64,000 nucleotides of DNA, from positions 878 to 64,877 of IMG/VR virus record IMGVR_UViG_3300030376_003859. One strand, given 5' to 3'. The stretch comes from a virus. Its lineage: Duplodnaviria; Caudoviricetes. A model generated the notes under the pieces. It was not told the origin of the DNA, did no database searches, and saw only the letters and a program-made list of their open reading frames with translations. Below, piece by piece: positions 1-10,582 of the stretch. Each line of letters opens with the position of its first letter. The stretch's first letter is position 1. The translations under genes and the position numbers were made by a program.

Positions 1-2486
1 AGTGCAACTATAAGACTAAATTTTGAATTAATATTACCAACAAAAGGATATTCAAAATTTGATAAGTTTTCTACTTCTCTTCCTAATGTTAAAGGCATAT
101 AAGGAGCAAGTTTAACTGTTTTACCATTCGTATTTTCTGTTACATCAAGTATTGTAAAATCAATTAAAGTATTTACCGTTGGAGCATCAAACCCGCTTAA
201 AAGTGTTTGAAAGGGCAAATCCTCTATTATTGATTCTACACCCTGTATATTAAAACCTAAAGCGTTAGCATCATCATGTTCCGAAAGTCCAACTAATTTT
301 GAACCTTCGGTGTATTGACCGGAATGACTACCGTTTAATCTATTACCTGTTTTAAAGTATAGACCTTTATTACTTGCTCCTGCTAAACTCGCAACAGAAT
401 TAGTATATCTGTTAGAAGCCAATGCTTTTCCGAGAACATAATTTCTATTAGTTTCTTTATAGATAAGTCTTGAATCATTATTTCCGGCAATTCCACTCTT
501 AAAGGAAGGGTCTTGAACAAGAACAAATGAGGTAGTAGTTCCCCCTGCTTGCACTTCACCGATATATCCTCCCCTATTCCATAAATGGTCGCCAGCGACT
601 AAAGTTTGAGCAGAATCAAATGTTATACTTGGCGAACTTTCAGTCCAAGACGCATAGCCGACTTCTGCTACATTATTGAATGGGCTTTCTGCTGATAAAA
701 TAATATCCGAAGAAAATGAAGTATTTTTATTAACAATAATATCAACCATTTTTGATAATGTATTCCTACCTTCAACTTCAAATGTGGTTTGGTTGTTTTC
801 TAATTTTTTACTTATTTCTTCAACAAATCCGAAAAATACTTGATAATTTAATAGTAGTTCTCCAAAAACATATCTAAAGGCAGTTTCATTATCTAATAAA
901 TTATTTTCAAAATTAATAGTTAAAAGTCCATAATCTTTATCTGCATTAGTAATGAAATTTCCCATTCTGCAATAAAAATTTTTATATTGATTAGAAAGAA
1001 TAATACCATTTAATTTATCTAATCTATCCGAAGGAATTTTAGCAGAAGTAAAGAAAGTGCTATCAACAGGATTTAATCTTCTTCTATATACTTTTGTTCC
1101 TTCTGTAAAAACTAAACCAAGACGGGTGGTAAAGTTTGATTGTGTTTCTAATCTTCCTATTGGGTGAGTTCCAAATATAGTGTTTAAAGTAATTCGGTTT
1201 GTAGAAGAGATGCTATTAACAATACATATCATATTTCCTATTAAGATTTCATTACCTGCACTAAAATACAAATTAGGTCTTTCTACTTCACCCCTTAATG
1301 TATAAAGTAATCCTACATTAGATTCAATTTCACCAACTTCAACCCAATCATTTAAATTTTCTTCGCTTAATTTTTGATTAACAAATAATCTATCATTATT
1401 AAATACTTTATTTGATAAATTTTTAGTGCTATCAATCATTTTAATTGAAGCATAACCTGTTTTTACATCAAAAGAATCAATAATATTTATTTCATATATA
1501 GAGGGCATTCTATTATTTTCTTCCGGTGAAAAATTATAATATACATATCTTTTTGGCCCTGTTAAATCTAAAGAAGAAGCATCATCATTAGCATCTCTTC
1601 TTGCATTAATAAAAGAATTATTGTAGGTAGTTGTTGTAGCGTATGTAGAAGATAACAAAGTGCTTTCATTACTTGTAGCAATATCAGGGTCGTCTAATAA
1701 TTTTAATTTATCTTCTAATTTTATATTATAAGTAAATTTGCTGTAATCTATTATTTTATATCTATGGTCTGCAACAGTTGTAAAAGCGTGGTTGATAGTA
1801 TTTACAACTATTGCACTACTTCCACTATAACTTGTTAAATCATTAGTTATATTTGATTTTAACATATATTTAGTATTGTGATTTAATTCTCCTTTTTTAT
1901 CTAACTTATCGTCATAAAAGTAAAAATATGGTTTTGCTATGTTTAACATAGTTGTATCTTTACTTATTCCAGCAGAAATAGCAACTATTTTATTTAAACT
2001 TGAAACAGGCGGCCCTTTAAAAATTTTAAATTTAACTCCTTTTGGTATTTCATCACCCATTCTTGGAGAAAAGGTAAAACCATCGCCCGCAACATCATTA
2101 GTTAATACTGAAGTTATCTTCGCAAAATGATACATTAACTCATTATCTGAATGTATTAAAACATAATACTCATAATTGCTTAAACTGTTTGTGCCTGTTG
2201 GGTTAAAATTGACCCCGTTCCCTGTATTGTTATCAAAGCATCTAAGAGCATAACCTTCAGTAATGTGCAAATTAGTAAATTCTGTTAAAATATTGCCTAA
2301 ACCTGTTCCTCTTTTAAATTCATCATTTGAGATAGTTCCATCTTCATAAATAATAGTGTATAATTTATCACCATTTGCATAACTATTTAATGTCATTTTA
2401 GGATTCGTGGGAACATCATAATAATCATTCCCTGCCGCAGTTGCATTATAGGAGGAAGCAACACCACTAATAGTTATTGTCGGCAT
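1..2486 (-). CDS. Large tail-tip/baseplate-hub-like protein, partial (>828 aa, runs off window edge)
   Basis: Not in the ORF track. Manual translation from ATG at 2486 (MPTITISGVASSYNATAAG..., TAATG overlap with the upstream gene) stays open to position 3. Asn/Thr/Ser-rich, beta-rich, downstream of the tape measure gene. Confidence 0.6.
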   Translation of the reverse strand, partial: MPTITISGVASSYNATAAGNDYYDVPTNPKMTLNSYANGDKLYTIIYEDGTISNDEFKRGTGLGNILTEFTNLHITEGYALRCFDNNTGNGVNFNPTGTNSLSNYEYYVLIHSDNELMYHFAKITSVLTNDVAGDGFTFSPRMGDEIPKGVKFKIFKGPPVSSLNKIVAISAGISKDTTMLNIAKPYFYFYDDKLDKKGELNHNTKYMLKSNITNDLTSYSGSSAIVVNTINHAFTTVADHRYKIIDYSKFTYNIKLEDKLKLLDDPDIATSNESTLLSSTYATTTTYNNSFINARRDANDDASSLDLTGPKRYVYYNFSPEENNRMPSIYEINIIDSFDVKTGYASIKMIDSTKNLSNKVFNNDRLFVNQKLSEENLNDWVEVGEIESNVGLLYTLRGEVERPNLYFSAGNEILIGNMICIVNSISSTNRITLNTIFGTHPIGRLETQSNFTTRLGLVFTEGTKVYRRRLNPVDSTFFTSAKIPSDRLDKLNGIILSNQYKNFYCRMGNFITNADKDYGLLTINFENNLLDNETAFRYVFGELLLNYQVFFGFVEEISKKLENNQTTFEVEGRNTLSKMVDIIVNKNTSFSSDIILSAESPFNNVAEVGYASWTESSPSITFDSAQTLVAGDHLWNRGGYIGEVQAGGTTTSFVLVQDPSFKSGIAGNNDSRLIYKETNRNYVLGKALASNRYTNSVASLAGASNKGLYFKTGNRLNGSHSGQYTEGSKLVGLSEHDDANALGFNIQGVESIIEDLPFQTLLSGFDAPTVNTLIDFTILDVTENTNGKTVKLAPYMPLTLGREVENLSNFEYPFVGNINSKFSLIVA

Positions 2487-3634
2487 TATTCATCAACCTC
2501 TTCAAATCTTAGATACATCAAAGTATCATCAAAAAACGGAAACAAAGAATTGGTATAAGTTATATTTTTTCTTGTTCCTCTTTCTAATGACATTTCATGA
2601 ATTTCTCCCATATATTGAGAAGCGACAGATGCCGTAGTTGCACCATTAGTAGTATTTCTTCCAATCAAGCAATCGCTTCTATGAAATTCAAATGTTCCTG
2701 CCGTGTTGTGTTTAGCAGAAAGAGCCAAGTTTCTATTGTAAAAAATATTTATTCTATTGTCAAATTCATTATAAACAACCGCTACATGGTGCATATTCTT
2801 AATATATTTTGGCTCTTTGAAAGGCTCAATATATATTTCACTTCCATTAGCAATATCAGCATTATAAGCAGGAATAGTTATTGTAATATCATTATTGTTA
2901 TTTACACTCCCTATTCCACCATTTGCTATTGCGCCTATTTCGGTAAAATTAAAACCATCTCTAACAAATAATTTTTGTCCTTCAAAGAAAGTTGATGCGG
3001 TTCTTGAGCCATTCAAGGTTATTACTAAACTTGTTCCTCCTGCATTAAAAGTGGCGTTTGTTATACCCACACTTTCATATTTTAATTTACCATCGGCATC
3101 AAATCCGGAAAAATTAAAATTATTATCTGCATCACCCTTTAACCAAGACTTATCCGATACTGCACTAATCACCGTTCCTGTTTCAAAAGACTGATTAACC
3201 CCGCCTATTTTCATATCCACCTTGATTTTATATTCGGCAGGTTGATTGTTGTTAGTAGTTGTAGTATTTTTTAAAGACACAGTTAGATTAGCATTATGAA
3301 AAAGAATCATACTATGTGTATATCTGTTCGCAGTTGTTAAGTATTCTTCACTTAACTTATTTGAACCGCCTTGAGGCATTACAAAATCGCTAACTTGTTG
3401 TGCGCTACGGCCTCTTAATCCCCCTGCACCCATTCCATTAATATCATAAGGAGTAAATATCGCTTGATAAATAAAAGACCCGCTATGACCCCATAGACCG
3501 TAAGGAACATCATCTGTTGTATCATTATTATTAGCGAAATCAACAATGTTATCTGCATAACTGATATTTATATGAGCATTACACATAATGGGAAACACTA
3601 TGCTTCTTTGTTTTCCTACATAAATATCATACAT
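2486..3634 (-). CDS. Tail protein with split LamG/concanavalin A-like domain
   Basis: C-terminal HHVAVVYNEFDNRINIFYN...CLIG...YMGEIHEM is a LamG-type pattern; tail module position. Confidence 0.65.
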   Translation of the reverse strand: MYDIYVGKQRSIVFPIMCNAHINISYADNIVDFANNNDTTDDVPYGLWGHSGSFIYQAIFTPYDINGMGAGGLRGRSAQQVSDFVMPQGGSNKLSEEYLTTANRYTHSMILFHNANLTVSLKNTTTTNNNQPAEYKIKVDMKIGGVNQSFETGTVISAVSDKSWLKGDADNNFNFSGFDADGKLKYESVGITNATFNAGGTSLVITLNGSRTASTFFEGQKLFVRDGFNFTEIGAIANGGIGSVNNNNDITITIPAYNADIANGSEIYIEPFKEPKYIKNMHHVAVVYNEFDNRINIFYNRNLALSAKHNTAGTFEFHRSDCLIGRNTTNGATTASVASQYMGEIHEMSLERGTRKNITYTNSLFPFFDDTLMYLRFEEVDE

Positions 3635-3644
3635 TTAAATCGCC

Positions 3645-4289
3645 TCATGGGAAAATAGTAGCCACTCTAAAACTCATGTTAAATCCGACTTCTAACGGTT
3701 GTTCCGCATCTAATGTAAAACCAAATTGTTCAATAAATCCGGTTAATCCTGTGGAAGTATCGTCTTCTGGAAAATTAGCAGGTAATGGAACTCTCGCATT
3801 ATCTTTTTCTAATGCTGCGCCTCTTGAAGCAAAAGTAAATGGTATTTTTACTACTCCGTTTTGTCTCTCAACATAATTTGCATCAATATTTGACTCAATT
3901 AAGAAAACTAACTCATTGAAATTTTGATAATGAGCCAAACCCGAAGAATCAACTCCCGATGCAATTAATTGAGCCAATTCCTGTGCGGTCATATCTATTG
4001 CAGTAAAATTTGGTTCTGTTCCTGTATGGCTTCTTCTAATTCTACCACTTGTAATTATTCCTTGAAGTGATATGCTTTTATTCGCCATTCCTAAATCAAC
4101 TGCAATTGTTTCCGATTGACCCCTTGCTATGCTTGAAAGAGGAACGGGTATTGCCGGAACTGTTCTGCTAACATCAACACCGATTGAAGTTACTTTAAGA
4201 GGAATAGTATCAATTTGATTACTGTCTCCTTGATGAGCATTTAATTTCAAGAAAACATTATGTGTTGTATCTGCTACATCTATTGGCAT
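3645..4289 (-). CDS. Putative distal tail/tail-tip protein
   Basis: 214 aa immediately after the tape measure gene; call rests on synteny. Confidence 0.45.
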   Translation of the reverse strand: MPIDVADTTHNVFLKLNAHQGDSNQIDTIPLKVTSIGVDVSRTVPAIPVPLSSIARGQSETIAVDLGMANKSISLQGIITSGRIRRSHTGTEPNFTAIDMTAQELAQLIASGVDSSGLAHYQNFNELVFLIESNIDANYVERQNGVVKIPFTFASRGAALEKDNARVPLPANFPEDDTSTGLTGFIEQFGFTLDAEQPLEVGFNMSFRVATIFP

Positions 4290-4293
4290 TTCA

Positions 4294-7200
4294 TCACCTT
4301 ATCCCTGACATTCCCGTATTTCTATTAATACTATTATTTACTAATCTTCCGACTTTTTCTGCTATTCTTCGCATTTCAGCATCGGAAGTATCTTTAGCGT
4401 TAATTGTAATATTTATGGTATTATTGTTATTAAGAGAATTACTTCTTGTCATTTGTTTTGTTCGTGTATTTGTATAAACTTTTGAACCTGCGGGTAATTT
4501 AATTAATTCCGGCCCATTTTCTCCAACAAGAGTTGTTTCACCAATTCCAACGATTCCTCCGGTGGCTCTACCCGTTACTTTATCTCTTATACCGCCAAAG
4601 AACTTTTTAACTCTCTTTTTAGGATTTAATTTTTCTATTCCATTTTTAATTGCTCTAATAATGCTTAATATGGGGTCAATAGCCATTGTTATCACCTTAA
4701 GTATTATTGCACCCACGACCACCGCCAAAGCAACAGGCCAGCCGAAAAATAAAGCGGCAATAATACCAACAATTGCTAATATAACTTTAAAATTTTTCAA
4801 AAAGCCTTTCCAACTTGAAAACATTTCTTTGAAAAATAAACCTACTCTTTTAATGGCGTGTCCTATTCCAGCCATAAGTAAAGTTCCAACTGCCGCTAAA
4901 GCCGCCAATGCTAATCCTAATAATGTTCCAAGAATACCTAAACCTATCTTAAGTAATCCATCAATAGCATCGGTCATCGTTCCATCACCAAAAAATGCAC
5001 CAAATACTTGTTTTACACCATCAAAGATTAAACCGATTGCGCCCATTGTAAATCCTATTATCGGAGCAAGAACTTTTATTATAGTTCCAATAGTATCTTT
5101 AATAATTGGCCCGAATATCTTTACTAAGGCTAAAATTCCCAATATTGCTATGCTTACATATATAAAGCCCATCATAAATACTTTTAGGGCTTGTCCAAGC
5201 ATAGGAAGAATTTGCTTAAACCCTTTTCTTAACTTATTAATTCCTTTAAAGAATGGATGCTTTTGTAACATTTTATCTAATGCGGCTTCTCTCATTTCTT
5301 TTAGAACATCTAATTGTTCCTCAAGTCCTTCTAATTTTAATTGGTCTTTATCAATTTCCACAATAGCCGCTTCTTGATTCTTTACTGCTTCATTTTTATC
5401 TTTTGTTGCGGCATCTATATTAACATCTTCTTTGGCTATTTCTTTTTGCATGTCTTTTGTTAATTTCAACTTTTCAGCCATATTTTCTGCTGAAGCAATT
5501 TGCGAGTTAAAGTCCTTTTGTATTTTCTTTTTTGCTTTCTCGGACTGTTTAATTCTTTTATTGCTTGCGCTGATTGTTTTTTCTGCGTCAGCAAGTGCTT
5601 TTTTACCTAACTTTATATTGTCTTTTTGCAGTTTAATTTCATCTTTAAGAGCAAGTTGTCCTTTACTCTTAAGTTTAAATCCTTCTATTTTTTTCACAGC
5701 ATTTTCTCTTTTTACAAGCAATTGATTTAATTCTTCTTCTCTTCCTTTAACTTTTTCAAGTGCGGCAAGTTCAGTTTTCATAAGTTCTAATTGTTTAGCG
5801 GTTGTGTCTATTTTATTTGTGTTTATATTAGGTTTATAATTTGCTATCTTTTCTTTGAGTTCTATTTCTCTTTTAGCCGCCTTTTCCGCAGTTTCTCCTA
5901 TTCTTTCCATTTCTTCTTCTATTTTTTTAACATCTATGCTATCAATAATCTTTTGAGTTCTACTTATGGCTTTGTCATATTTGACAGTTCCTACATCAAA
6001 TTCAGCATTATGTTTTTTATATGAATCCCCTAAATTTACTAATTTTTTTCTATACCCTTGTAATCCTTTAGTTCTTATTGAATTTATTTCTTTTTCGCTT
6101 TTCATTATTAGTTGTGCATTTTCTTGTTGCATTATTCCTCCAACATCAGCAAATTTAATTACCGCTTCTAAGTCTCTTGCATAATCATCTTTAGCCCCTT
6201 GTAGTTCTTTTTGCACCTTTGTTTCTTCTGTTAATAATTCATTTAGTTTTCTTTGTGCATCAACCTTTTTAAATCCAGCCGCAGGGTTTCCTCCCGCTAT
6301 TGATTTTTCAATTTTCTTTAGTTTTTGTTCTGCTTTAATTACTTCTTCACCCAATGAACTAAAAGAAGATTGTAAAGCAACAACATTGTCATCTTTAACT
6401 CCTTCTAATGCTCCTAATTCTTTTTGTTTTTGCTTTAAAGCACCTTGAGATACATTAGTAATATCAAACTTTCTCGCTGTCTTAACAGCCTCTTTTAATT
6501 GTTTTACTTGGAGTTTTTTAGTAGGAGTTAAATTTAATAAAAAATTCTTAGCAAAAGACTTTTTAATTTTTTTAAATGGAGATTTTAATTGTTTAAGTTC
6601 ATGTCTTGCTCTATGCTTTAATTGCCCTTTAGTAAAAAATATATTAGAAAAAGAATTTTTCTTTAGTATTTTTCTTGCATCTTTCATATCTACATCTATT
6701 CGGGTAACTAATGGCTTAGAAACAGTCTTTGTTAGTTTTTGGAAGCCCCTAAATGCTTTGACAAAAATGCTATCGGGAACTTCTAATTCTGCTAATCTTT
6801 CAATCAAACCATCAAGTTCTTCTCCTTCTTCTGCAACCTTTATTGCTTCTTTTAATAGTTCAACTTCTGCTCTTGCGGCTTTTCCGTCAGTAAAAAATCT
6901 TCTGTATTGGCTTCCTGCTAATTGTAGCATTGAAGAAAATTTATTTAGCGTTCTAAATGTTCCGGCTGGCATAAATCCATATAAAAATTTACGGGCTTTG
7001 GCTACTTCAATTCCAAAAACAGTAATTTCTTCTCTACCGCTTGATATAAATTCAGCCAAATACTCAAAGGCGTTTCCGCCCATTTTTGTATATGTTGAAA
7101 AAGATTTAAAACCCAAATTAAACTTATCATTGGTTTTATTTAGTTGCTTGATACTTTCACTTACAATAGTCGTTCTTTTATTGAAAGTAGTCATTTTTTT

Positions 7201-7449
7201 TCCGGCTTCGCCAAGTGCGTCTCCAAATCTATTTACTCTAAGACCTGTTTTTTTACTAAATAGTTCATCTTCTTTTTTAGCGTTTTCTCTATATGATAAT
7301 CCCAAAGCGTGTTGAGCCTTAGTTACTTCATTTACCTTTTTAGTAATAGCAGGAACTTTTGTTTCCATGTTGCCTAATGATTTCATAAAAAGGTCAATAC
7401 TGCCCGTTAATCCAAGTATTGACTTGTTTAATTGGCGTATTTCGGACAT
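4294..7449 (-). CDS. Tail tape measure protein
   Basis: About 1050 aa with long Lys/Glu coiled coil, hydrophobic Gly/Ala/Ile helical region and C-terminal RATGG...VGENGPEL motif typical of TMPs; follows the chaperone pair. ATG placed after GGTGA SD. Confidence 0.9.
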   Translation of the reverse strand: MSEIRQLNKSILGLTGSIDLFMKSLGNMETKVPAITKKVNEVTKAQHALGLSYRENAKKEDELFSKKTGLRVNRFGDALGEAGKKMTTFNKRTTIVSESIKQLNKTNDKFNLGFKSFSTYTKMGGNAFEYLAEFISSGREEITVFGIEVAKARKFLYGFMPAGTFRTLNKFSSMLQLAGSQYRRFFTDGKAARAEVELLKEAIKVAEEGEELDGLIERLAELEVPDSIFVKAFRGFQKLTKTVSKPLVTRIDVDMKDARKILKKNSFSNIFFTKGQLKHRARHELKQLKSPFKKIKKSFAKNFLLNLTPTKKLQVKQLKEAVKTARKFDITNVSQGALKQKQKELGALEGVKDDNVVALQSSFSSLGEEVIKAEQKLKKIEKSIAGGNPAAGFKKVDAQRKLNELLTEETKVQKELQGAKDDYARDLEAVIKFADVGGIMQQENAQLIMKSEKEINSIRTKGLQGYRKKLVNLGDSYKKHNAEFDVGTVKYDKAISRTQKIIDSIDVKKIEEEMERIGETAEKAAKREIELKEKIANYKPNINTNKIDTTAKQLELMKTELAALEKVKGREEELNQLLVKRENAVKKIEGFKLKSKGQLALKDEIKLQKDNIKLGKKALADAEKTISASNKRIKQSEKAKKKIQKDFNSQIASAENMAEKLKLTKDMQKEIAKEDVNIDAATKDKNEAVKNQEAAIVEIDKDQLKLEGLEEQLDVLKEMREAALDKMLQKHPFFKGINKLRKGFKQILPMLGQALKVFMMGFIYVSIAILGILALVKIFGPIIKDTIGTIIKVLAPIIGFTMGAIGLIFDGVKQVFGAFFGDGTMTDAIDGLLKIGLGILGTLLGLALAALAAVGTLLMAGIGHAIKRVGLFFKEMFSSWKGFLKNFKVILAIVGIIAALFFGWPVALAVVVGAIILKVITMAIDPILSIIRAIKNGIEKLNPKKRVKKFFGGIRDKVTGRATGGIVGIGETTLVGENGPELIKLPAGSKVYTNTRTKQMTRSNSLNNNNTINITINAKDTSDAEMRRIAEKVGRLVNNSINRNTGMSGIR

Positions 7450-7454
7450 ATTAA

Positions 7455-7661
7455 TCACTTATGTTTTTTCATTTGCTTATCCATTTCTTCGGATTCTATT
7501 TCTTTAACTGCGCTGTGAACGGCTAACAAGTCCATAACTAACCCTGCTGGCATTTTATATATTTCAAGGGGGCTTATAGATAATGCTTTCGCTAATGTAT
7601 ATACAACGATTAATGAAGCGTCTTTAGGTTCGGCTTTACCTCCCCTCATTACCCGCTTCAA
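7455..7661 (-). CDS. Tail assembly chaperone, C-terminal (gpT-like) part, expressed by -1 frameshift
   Basis: Lies in the -1 frame of the upstream chaperone, directly after an A AAA AAC slippery site; directly precedes the TMP. Confidence 0.8.
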   Translation of the reverse strand: MKRVMRGGKAEPKDASLIVVYTLAKALSISPLEIYKMPAGLVMDLLAVHSAVKEIESEEMDKQMKKHK

Positions 7662-8029
7662 TCTTCGTTTTTTTCTTCATCCCCCGACATTGAATCAAGA
7701 GGATTTGGTAATACTTCTTTTAATTGATTACCCACATAAGGAGTTAATCGGAGAATATCTACGACACTAAGATGTGGTTCGGTTTTTGCTACAAAGTTTT
7801 CGACCATATACCTAAACATAGCATTTAAATCAATATCCATGCTTTGTGTTTTAGGATTTATTTTCATAAGGCTATTTACTGCCTTATCTACTTCAAGCCA
7901 TGAGGGTTCTTTTACCCATACCTTGAGGTATTCATCACTTTCGGGTGCTACTTTAACATAATGTAGCGTAGGTTCTGTAAGTGTAAATAATACACTTTTA
8001 TCTTTTACAATTTTCTTATCGTCTAACAT
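7658..8029 (-). CDS. Tail assembly chaperone (gpG-like)
   Basis: Between tail tube and TMP; ends GAA AAA AAC GAA GAT TGA. Confidence 0.8.
   Translation of the reverse strand: MLDDKKIVKDKSVLFTLTEPTLHYVKVAPESDEYLKVWVKEPSWLEVDKAVNSLMKINPKTQSMDIDLNAMFRYMVENFVAKTEPHLSVVDILRLTPYVGNQLKEVLPNPLDSMSGDEEKNED
7667..7673 (-). other. Programmed -1 ribosomal frameshift heptamer A AAA AAC
   Basis: X XXY YYZ heptamer three codons before the gpG stop; the -1 frame reads KKRRLKRVMRGGKAEPK, continuous with ORF 7455-7661. Confidence 0.85.
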
Positions 8030-8078
8030 ATTCTCCACCTTTTATACCAACAAACAAACAAACGGTGTTGGTGGAATA

Positions 8079-8213
8079 TTATTCTGCTGATTCAGTATTA
8101 GTTTCTTCCATAGCCTTTGATTTCTTTGGTTTCTTCTTCTTTGCTGATTCAGCCTCTAATTTCTTTTTCAAAATTAATGCTCTTTTATCTTGCTTAGTAT
8201 AAATTTTAATCAC
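8079..8213 (-). CDS. Small basic protein (about 41-44 aa)
   Basis: Manual ORF (V)IKIYTKQDKRALILKKKLEAESAKKKKPKK...; GGTGA SD overlaps the tail tube stop. Confidence 0.55.
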   Translation of the reverse strand: MIKIYTKQDKRALILKKKLEAESAKKKKPKKSKAMEETNTESAE

Positions 8214-9844
8214 CCCAATAGAACATTATCTGTTACAACTGAACAAGCATGTAGATTTCTTGGCTTAATTGTTGAACTAAAAGAAATCGGCCCTTTATCG
8301 TCAGGGATAGTAATTTCAGTTGTGTCAAGGAAATAATCTTTAAAGTCTAATGTAATTCTTTCATTTGTATCGGGCTTTGTGAAAACAAAAACTACATGAT
8401 TTGCACCTGTGTTTTCTGTTTCATTTAGCATTTCTTTGAATAATGAATCATCAGTAACTACTGCTTCAAAAGTAATTTCATAAGAGCGTTGTGCAGGAAT
8501 ACCTTCTTTCATATCCCTGTGTCCACCCATATATCTTTTATCCATCAAGTTATTATTCATAGTAATACTTACTGAATTAACTTTCAAAAATTGTTGGCCA
8601 AATGCGCTAAATGTTCCTTGTGAAAAGAAGAAAGGTGCGCCATTAGCCAATCCTGCATTAAAGTTAAACAAATTAGCATTGTTTGTTTGACCTGCTCTTG
8701 AAACATAATCTGTTTGTAAAGAGGCAGAAGCATATAAATCACTAATACTATCAACTACTCTTGCATTAATATCCATATTCATTTTTAATTCTTCACCTTC
8801 TGCGGCTTCTATTGTTAATGAATTAATACGGCAACCTCTTGCGATTCTAACAAAGTTATTAGATTCATCAAGAGGGCTTGGACTTGCACCAATATTTGCG
8901 TTTGTAGTCAAACTTGCAGGGTCTTTAGCCATTGATTGTTCCATACTAAATGAAGGCAATTGGTCTGTATTCAATTCTCCAAAAGTATATGTAATTAAGT
9001 TGCTTGAACCATTTGTTCGGGCTAATGCTTGAACTGTTCCCGTAGCAACTAAACTGTGGTCTAATGGAGGAACAACAACATTACTTCCTTTTTGTGTTCT
9101 ATAAAATAATGGGCCGGATTGATTAATACCGCTTGCACTACCATTTGAACCTTCAATAAACACAACATCATTTTCTTCTTCTGCGGAATTAGCAGTTGTA
9201 GAAATTTCAACGGGTTCTTCATCTGCTAAACTTGCACCACCGACATTTTTTAAAGCAAAACCACCAAGAGCGTTTGCGGTATAAGTAATTGCTGAACAAG
9301 CACCTAATGTATAATATAGCCATACTCCGGTATTTGCGACTAAAGCAAGAGAACCATTATCAGCAGTTCTAATTCCTTTGTATTGGAAAGTAAAGTTTCT
9401 TGTTCCACCAAGACCAAGATTCATTTGTTTCAATTCTTGGCTTAAATTAGGAAATGTGACTGATTCCATCAATCCCAAGTAATTATCTCCTAATAGAGTC
9501 TGCCTACCGCCAACTTCGGGGTGTGGTGAAGGAGAACCATATGCTCTTAATAGTGCATAAGCAGGAGTTCCCGAACCAACATTACTTGATAGAGTAATAG
9601 TATCTACTGCGTTTGAAGCAACAGTATGGCTTGAAATGAGAGCGTTAGCGGCAGTATAAATATCAATATTACAACCAATGTAAATATTAGGAACAAATTT
9701 AAAAACCGCATCAAAAGCATTATCCGGTGTTACTGTTACTGTTGATACTCCGCCACCCGTTCCATTAAGAGGAATATAAATATCCTGTTCGGGTATCAAT
9801 GTTGTGCTTGCTCCACTTCCTAAAAAAATTTCGTTATTTACCAT
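8210..9844 (-). CDS. Major tail (tube) protein
   Basis: 544 aa; C-terminal tube-type pattern (KVNSVSITMNNNL...RSYEITFEAVV...ISFSSTIKP); upstream of chaperones and TMP; no sheath gene seen. Confidence 0.8.
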   Translation of the reverse strand: MVNNEIFLGSGASTTLIPEQDIYIPLNGTGGGVSTVTVTPDNAFDAVFKFVPNIYIGCNIDIYTAANALISSHTVASNAVDTITLSSNVGSGTPAYALLRAYGSPSPHPEVGGRQTLLGDNYLGLMESVTFPNLSQELKQMNLGLGGTRNFTFQYKGIRTADNGSLALVANTGVWLYYTLGACSAITYTANALGGFALKNVGGASLADEEPVEISTTANSAEEENDVVFIEGSNGSASGINQSGPLFYRTQKGSNVVVPPLDHSLVATGTVQALARTNGSSNLITYTFGELNTDQLPSFSMEQSMAKDPASLTTNANIGASPSPLDESNNFVRIARGCRINSLTIEAAEGEELKMNMDINARVVDSISDLYASASLQTDYVSRAGQTNNANLFNFNAGLANGAPFFFSQGTFSAFGQQFLKVNSVSITMNNNLMDKRYMGGHRDMKEGIPAQRSYEITFEAVVTDDSLFKEMLNETENTGANHVVFVFTKPDTNERITLDFKDYFLDTTEITIPDDKGPISFSSTIKPRNLHACSVVTDNVLLG

Positions 9845-9870
9845 ATTATCGCTCCCCTTTCCTTACTAAC

Positions 9871-10386
9871 TTACGAGGGAATGTTTAATGCATATCTTTT
9901 TGCTTCTAATGTAATCTTATATCCGAAAAGCCGTTTTGCTCGGTCATTACTTTCACTTCTTGCGCCTAAAAATAATTGTTGAAATTTAGAACCGTCGTTT
10001 GCAGTATAACCATGCCTCTTGCTTTCAATCACTCTACGCAATATCAAGTATATAGACATTAGCCTATCTTTTCCGTATGAAGAATCTAATCCCGCCCTTT
10101 CATCATGTAATACTCTTATGTGTAAAGTAAATGTATATGATTCATTTCTAACATCATAAGTTACAGTTGGATATTCAATATTTTGTGAATCTTCAAAAAT
10201 AACAATTGTTGCAGGGGTTCTGCTTAAATCAACTCTTACTCCCTTATTAGCAGTAGTTGTTCTAATATCAATAAAATCCGGAATAATTGCATGGGAAACA
10301 TCAATATCTCCCGAACTAACTAATGCAGTAGCATTAGACGACCATTGAGTTGATAATAGGTCTATAAGAAGAGAGACTTCATCAAT
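9871..10386 (-). CDS. Tail terminator/completion protein (171 aa, apparent ATT start)
   Basis: The frame of the 62-aa track ORF is open upstream to ATT GAT GAA at 10386, 6 nt after a GGAGGT SD; position between adaptor and tube. Confidence 0.65.
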   Translation of the reverse strand: MDEVSLLIDLLSTQWSSNATALVSSGDIDVSHAIIPDFIDIRTTTANKGVRVDLSRTPATIVIFEDSQNIEYPTVTYDVRNESYTFTLHIRVLHDERAGLDSSYGKDRLMSIYLILRRVIESKRHGYTANDGSKFQQLFLGARSESNDRAKRLFGYKITLEAKRYALNIPS

Positions 10387-10577
10387 GACAATACCTCCTG
10401 TTCTATTGTTTTGTTGATATATCTATTATATGATTGTAATGCATTCTCCATTACTTCCTTATCACTAAATGAAATATCATAGCCTAATTGTTCGGATAAT
10501 TCTTTCATAGCAAGTTGTCTTTCCTTTTCTATTTCATATAACTCATGGAGTTTTTTAACATTTATTTCAACTGCCAT
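10362..10577 (-). CDS. Hypothetical neck-region protein
   Basis: 71 aa helical protein with GGTGA-type spacing. Confidence 0.55.
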   Translation of the reverse strand: MAVEINVKKLHELYEIEKERQLAMKELSEQLGYDISFSDKEVMENALQSYNRYINKTIEQEVLSLMKSLFL

Positions 10578-10582
10578 GTTAA

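Noticed and set aside
8046-8073. (CAAA)n run inside an ACCAACA/TGTTGGT hairpin
   Set aside because: Single short intergenic hairpin; probably an ordinary mRNA stability or termination element with nothing further to support a claim.
8210-9844. Tail sheath (contractile tail)
   Set aside because: The sequence pattern fits a tube protein, and no separate sheath/tube pair or baseplate wedge genes are visible in the window.
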